From NCBI GenBank assembly GCA_051294375.1, contig CM119265.1, forward strand, positions 24,947,697 through 25,011,696: a stretch of DNA of 64,000 bases. The letters run 5' to 3'. The stretch comes from Paraspadella gotoi (taxonomy: Eukaryota; Animalia; Chaetognatha). Of the stretch, positions 63,232 to 64,000 are shown in pieces. How positions within the stretch are numbered: the stretch's first letter is position 1; every line of letters starts with the position of its first letter. The translations under genes and the position numbers were made by a program. The notes under the pieces are model-generated. The model searched no databases, had not been told where the DNA came from, and worked only from the letters and a program-made list of their open reading frames with translations.

Positions 63232-63650
63232 CTCTCTCGCTCTCCTCTCTCTCTCTCTCTCTCTGTCTCCTCCAAAAGGAACGTCGCCAACGGCGCGAAA
63301 AATAATAAAATTTTCACCAAAGAAGGATTGAGCCTACGCCCCCGTCAGCGGTTTGCCAGTGCTTGACAACTGCTTGCCAGTGGCTTGAAGAATCTTGTCT
63401 GTGGTTTTCGTTGTTTGTCTCCATGCGAAAGTGCGAAACTTCATAATATCTCGGCTTTTTCAAGGTTTGTACAAGCTATCCCGTAGTTAGCTCATAGCAT
63501 TCCACACGATTTGCAAGCAGCATTGCACGCAAGTCAGCGTTGCCCAGAGCTTTCCCGTCCCCTTCCAACCGTCAATGATCCATTTATAGGACACCCAAAG
63601 TCTCCGACTTCCGGATCGTCGACTTTGACATCGGCGCCATGTTTGGAGCA
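59780..63650. repeat. Cluster of direct and inverted duplications
   Basis: 59780-60160 matches 63275-63645 (direct). 60360-60875 matches 61010-61520 (direct, across a gap). 61640-62175 is the inverse of about 60540-60980. 62960-63150 is the inverse of about 60360-60530. Confidence 0.75.
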
Positions 63651-63762
63651 NNNNNNNNNNNNNNNNNNNNNNNNNAAAAAAAAACAACAAAAAACACTGT
63701 AACTTGGATGATTAGTCGAAACGAAGCGTTGGTAGAATTAATGGTAATGGTAATGGTAATTA

Positions 63763-64000
63763 ATGAAAGGAATAACGATGGTAACGATGGAACTGGAGAT
63801 TGGGTCTGGACCGCAGGGCGACCGGGGAATGATGAAGTATGAAGTTAGTGGCGAGGCGTGTGACATCGATAGCGGCGTGGAGGATGGCATCAAGAGTGGC
63901 AGCAAAAGTGGCAGTAAGAGTGGCAACGAAAGTGGCATCGAAAGGGGAATCGTGAGTGGGAAAGATAGTTGCATTGAGAGTGGCATCGAGAGTGGCATCG
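63763..64000 (+). CDS. Possible ORF/exon with 4-residue (xxSG) repeats, open to the window end
   Basis: MKGITMVTMELEIGSGPQGDRGMMKYEVSGEACDIDSGVEDGIKSGSKSGSKSGNESGIERGIVSGKDSCIESGIESGI..., built on a 12-bp unit gagagtggcatc, with no stop before 64000. Confidence 0.3.
   Translation, partial: MKGITMVTMELEIGSGPQGDRGMMKYEVSGEACDIDSGVEDGIKSGSKSGSKSGNESGIERGIVSGKDSCIESGIESGI

Overview
Eukaryotic draft-genome window, most likely an invertebrate animal. It is AT-rich, very rich in (GA)n and other microsatellites, and has many N gaps plus noisy, indel-rich stretches that look gap-filled. Most of the supplied ORF track is microsatellite noise; the real genes are spliced, and I assembled them by hand from splice signals and intron phase. 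(1) A 3-exon, 399-aa type I membrane protein (minus, 4503-9747) with three copies of an 8-Cys module built from paired C-x-C-x-W-G-x-C motifs that I do not recognise; this is the best novelty candidate. (2) A 4-exon myosin essential light chain (plus, 16251-17604) with a GC-AG intron. (3) An orphan multi-exon gene (minus, 19167 to at least 20322). (4) A troponin C/calmodulin-like EF-hand gene (minus, 27131-29758). (5) A large, 5'-incomplete neprilysin/M13 metallopeptidase (minus, 36313 to at least 55259) with Ser/Pro-rich insertions and a polybasic tail. The splicing architecture is also notable: introns with complementary ends, an intron built from tandem copies of its own acceptor, triplicated donors, and GC donors. 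No rRNA, tRNA or CRISPR array could be supported. All family calls are from motif recognition by eye; no searches were run.
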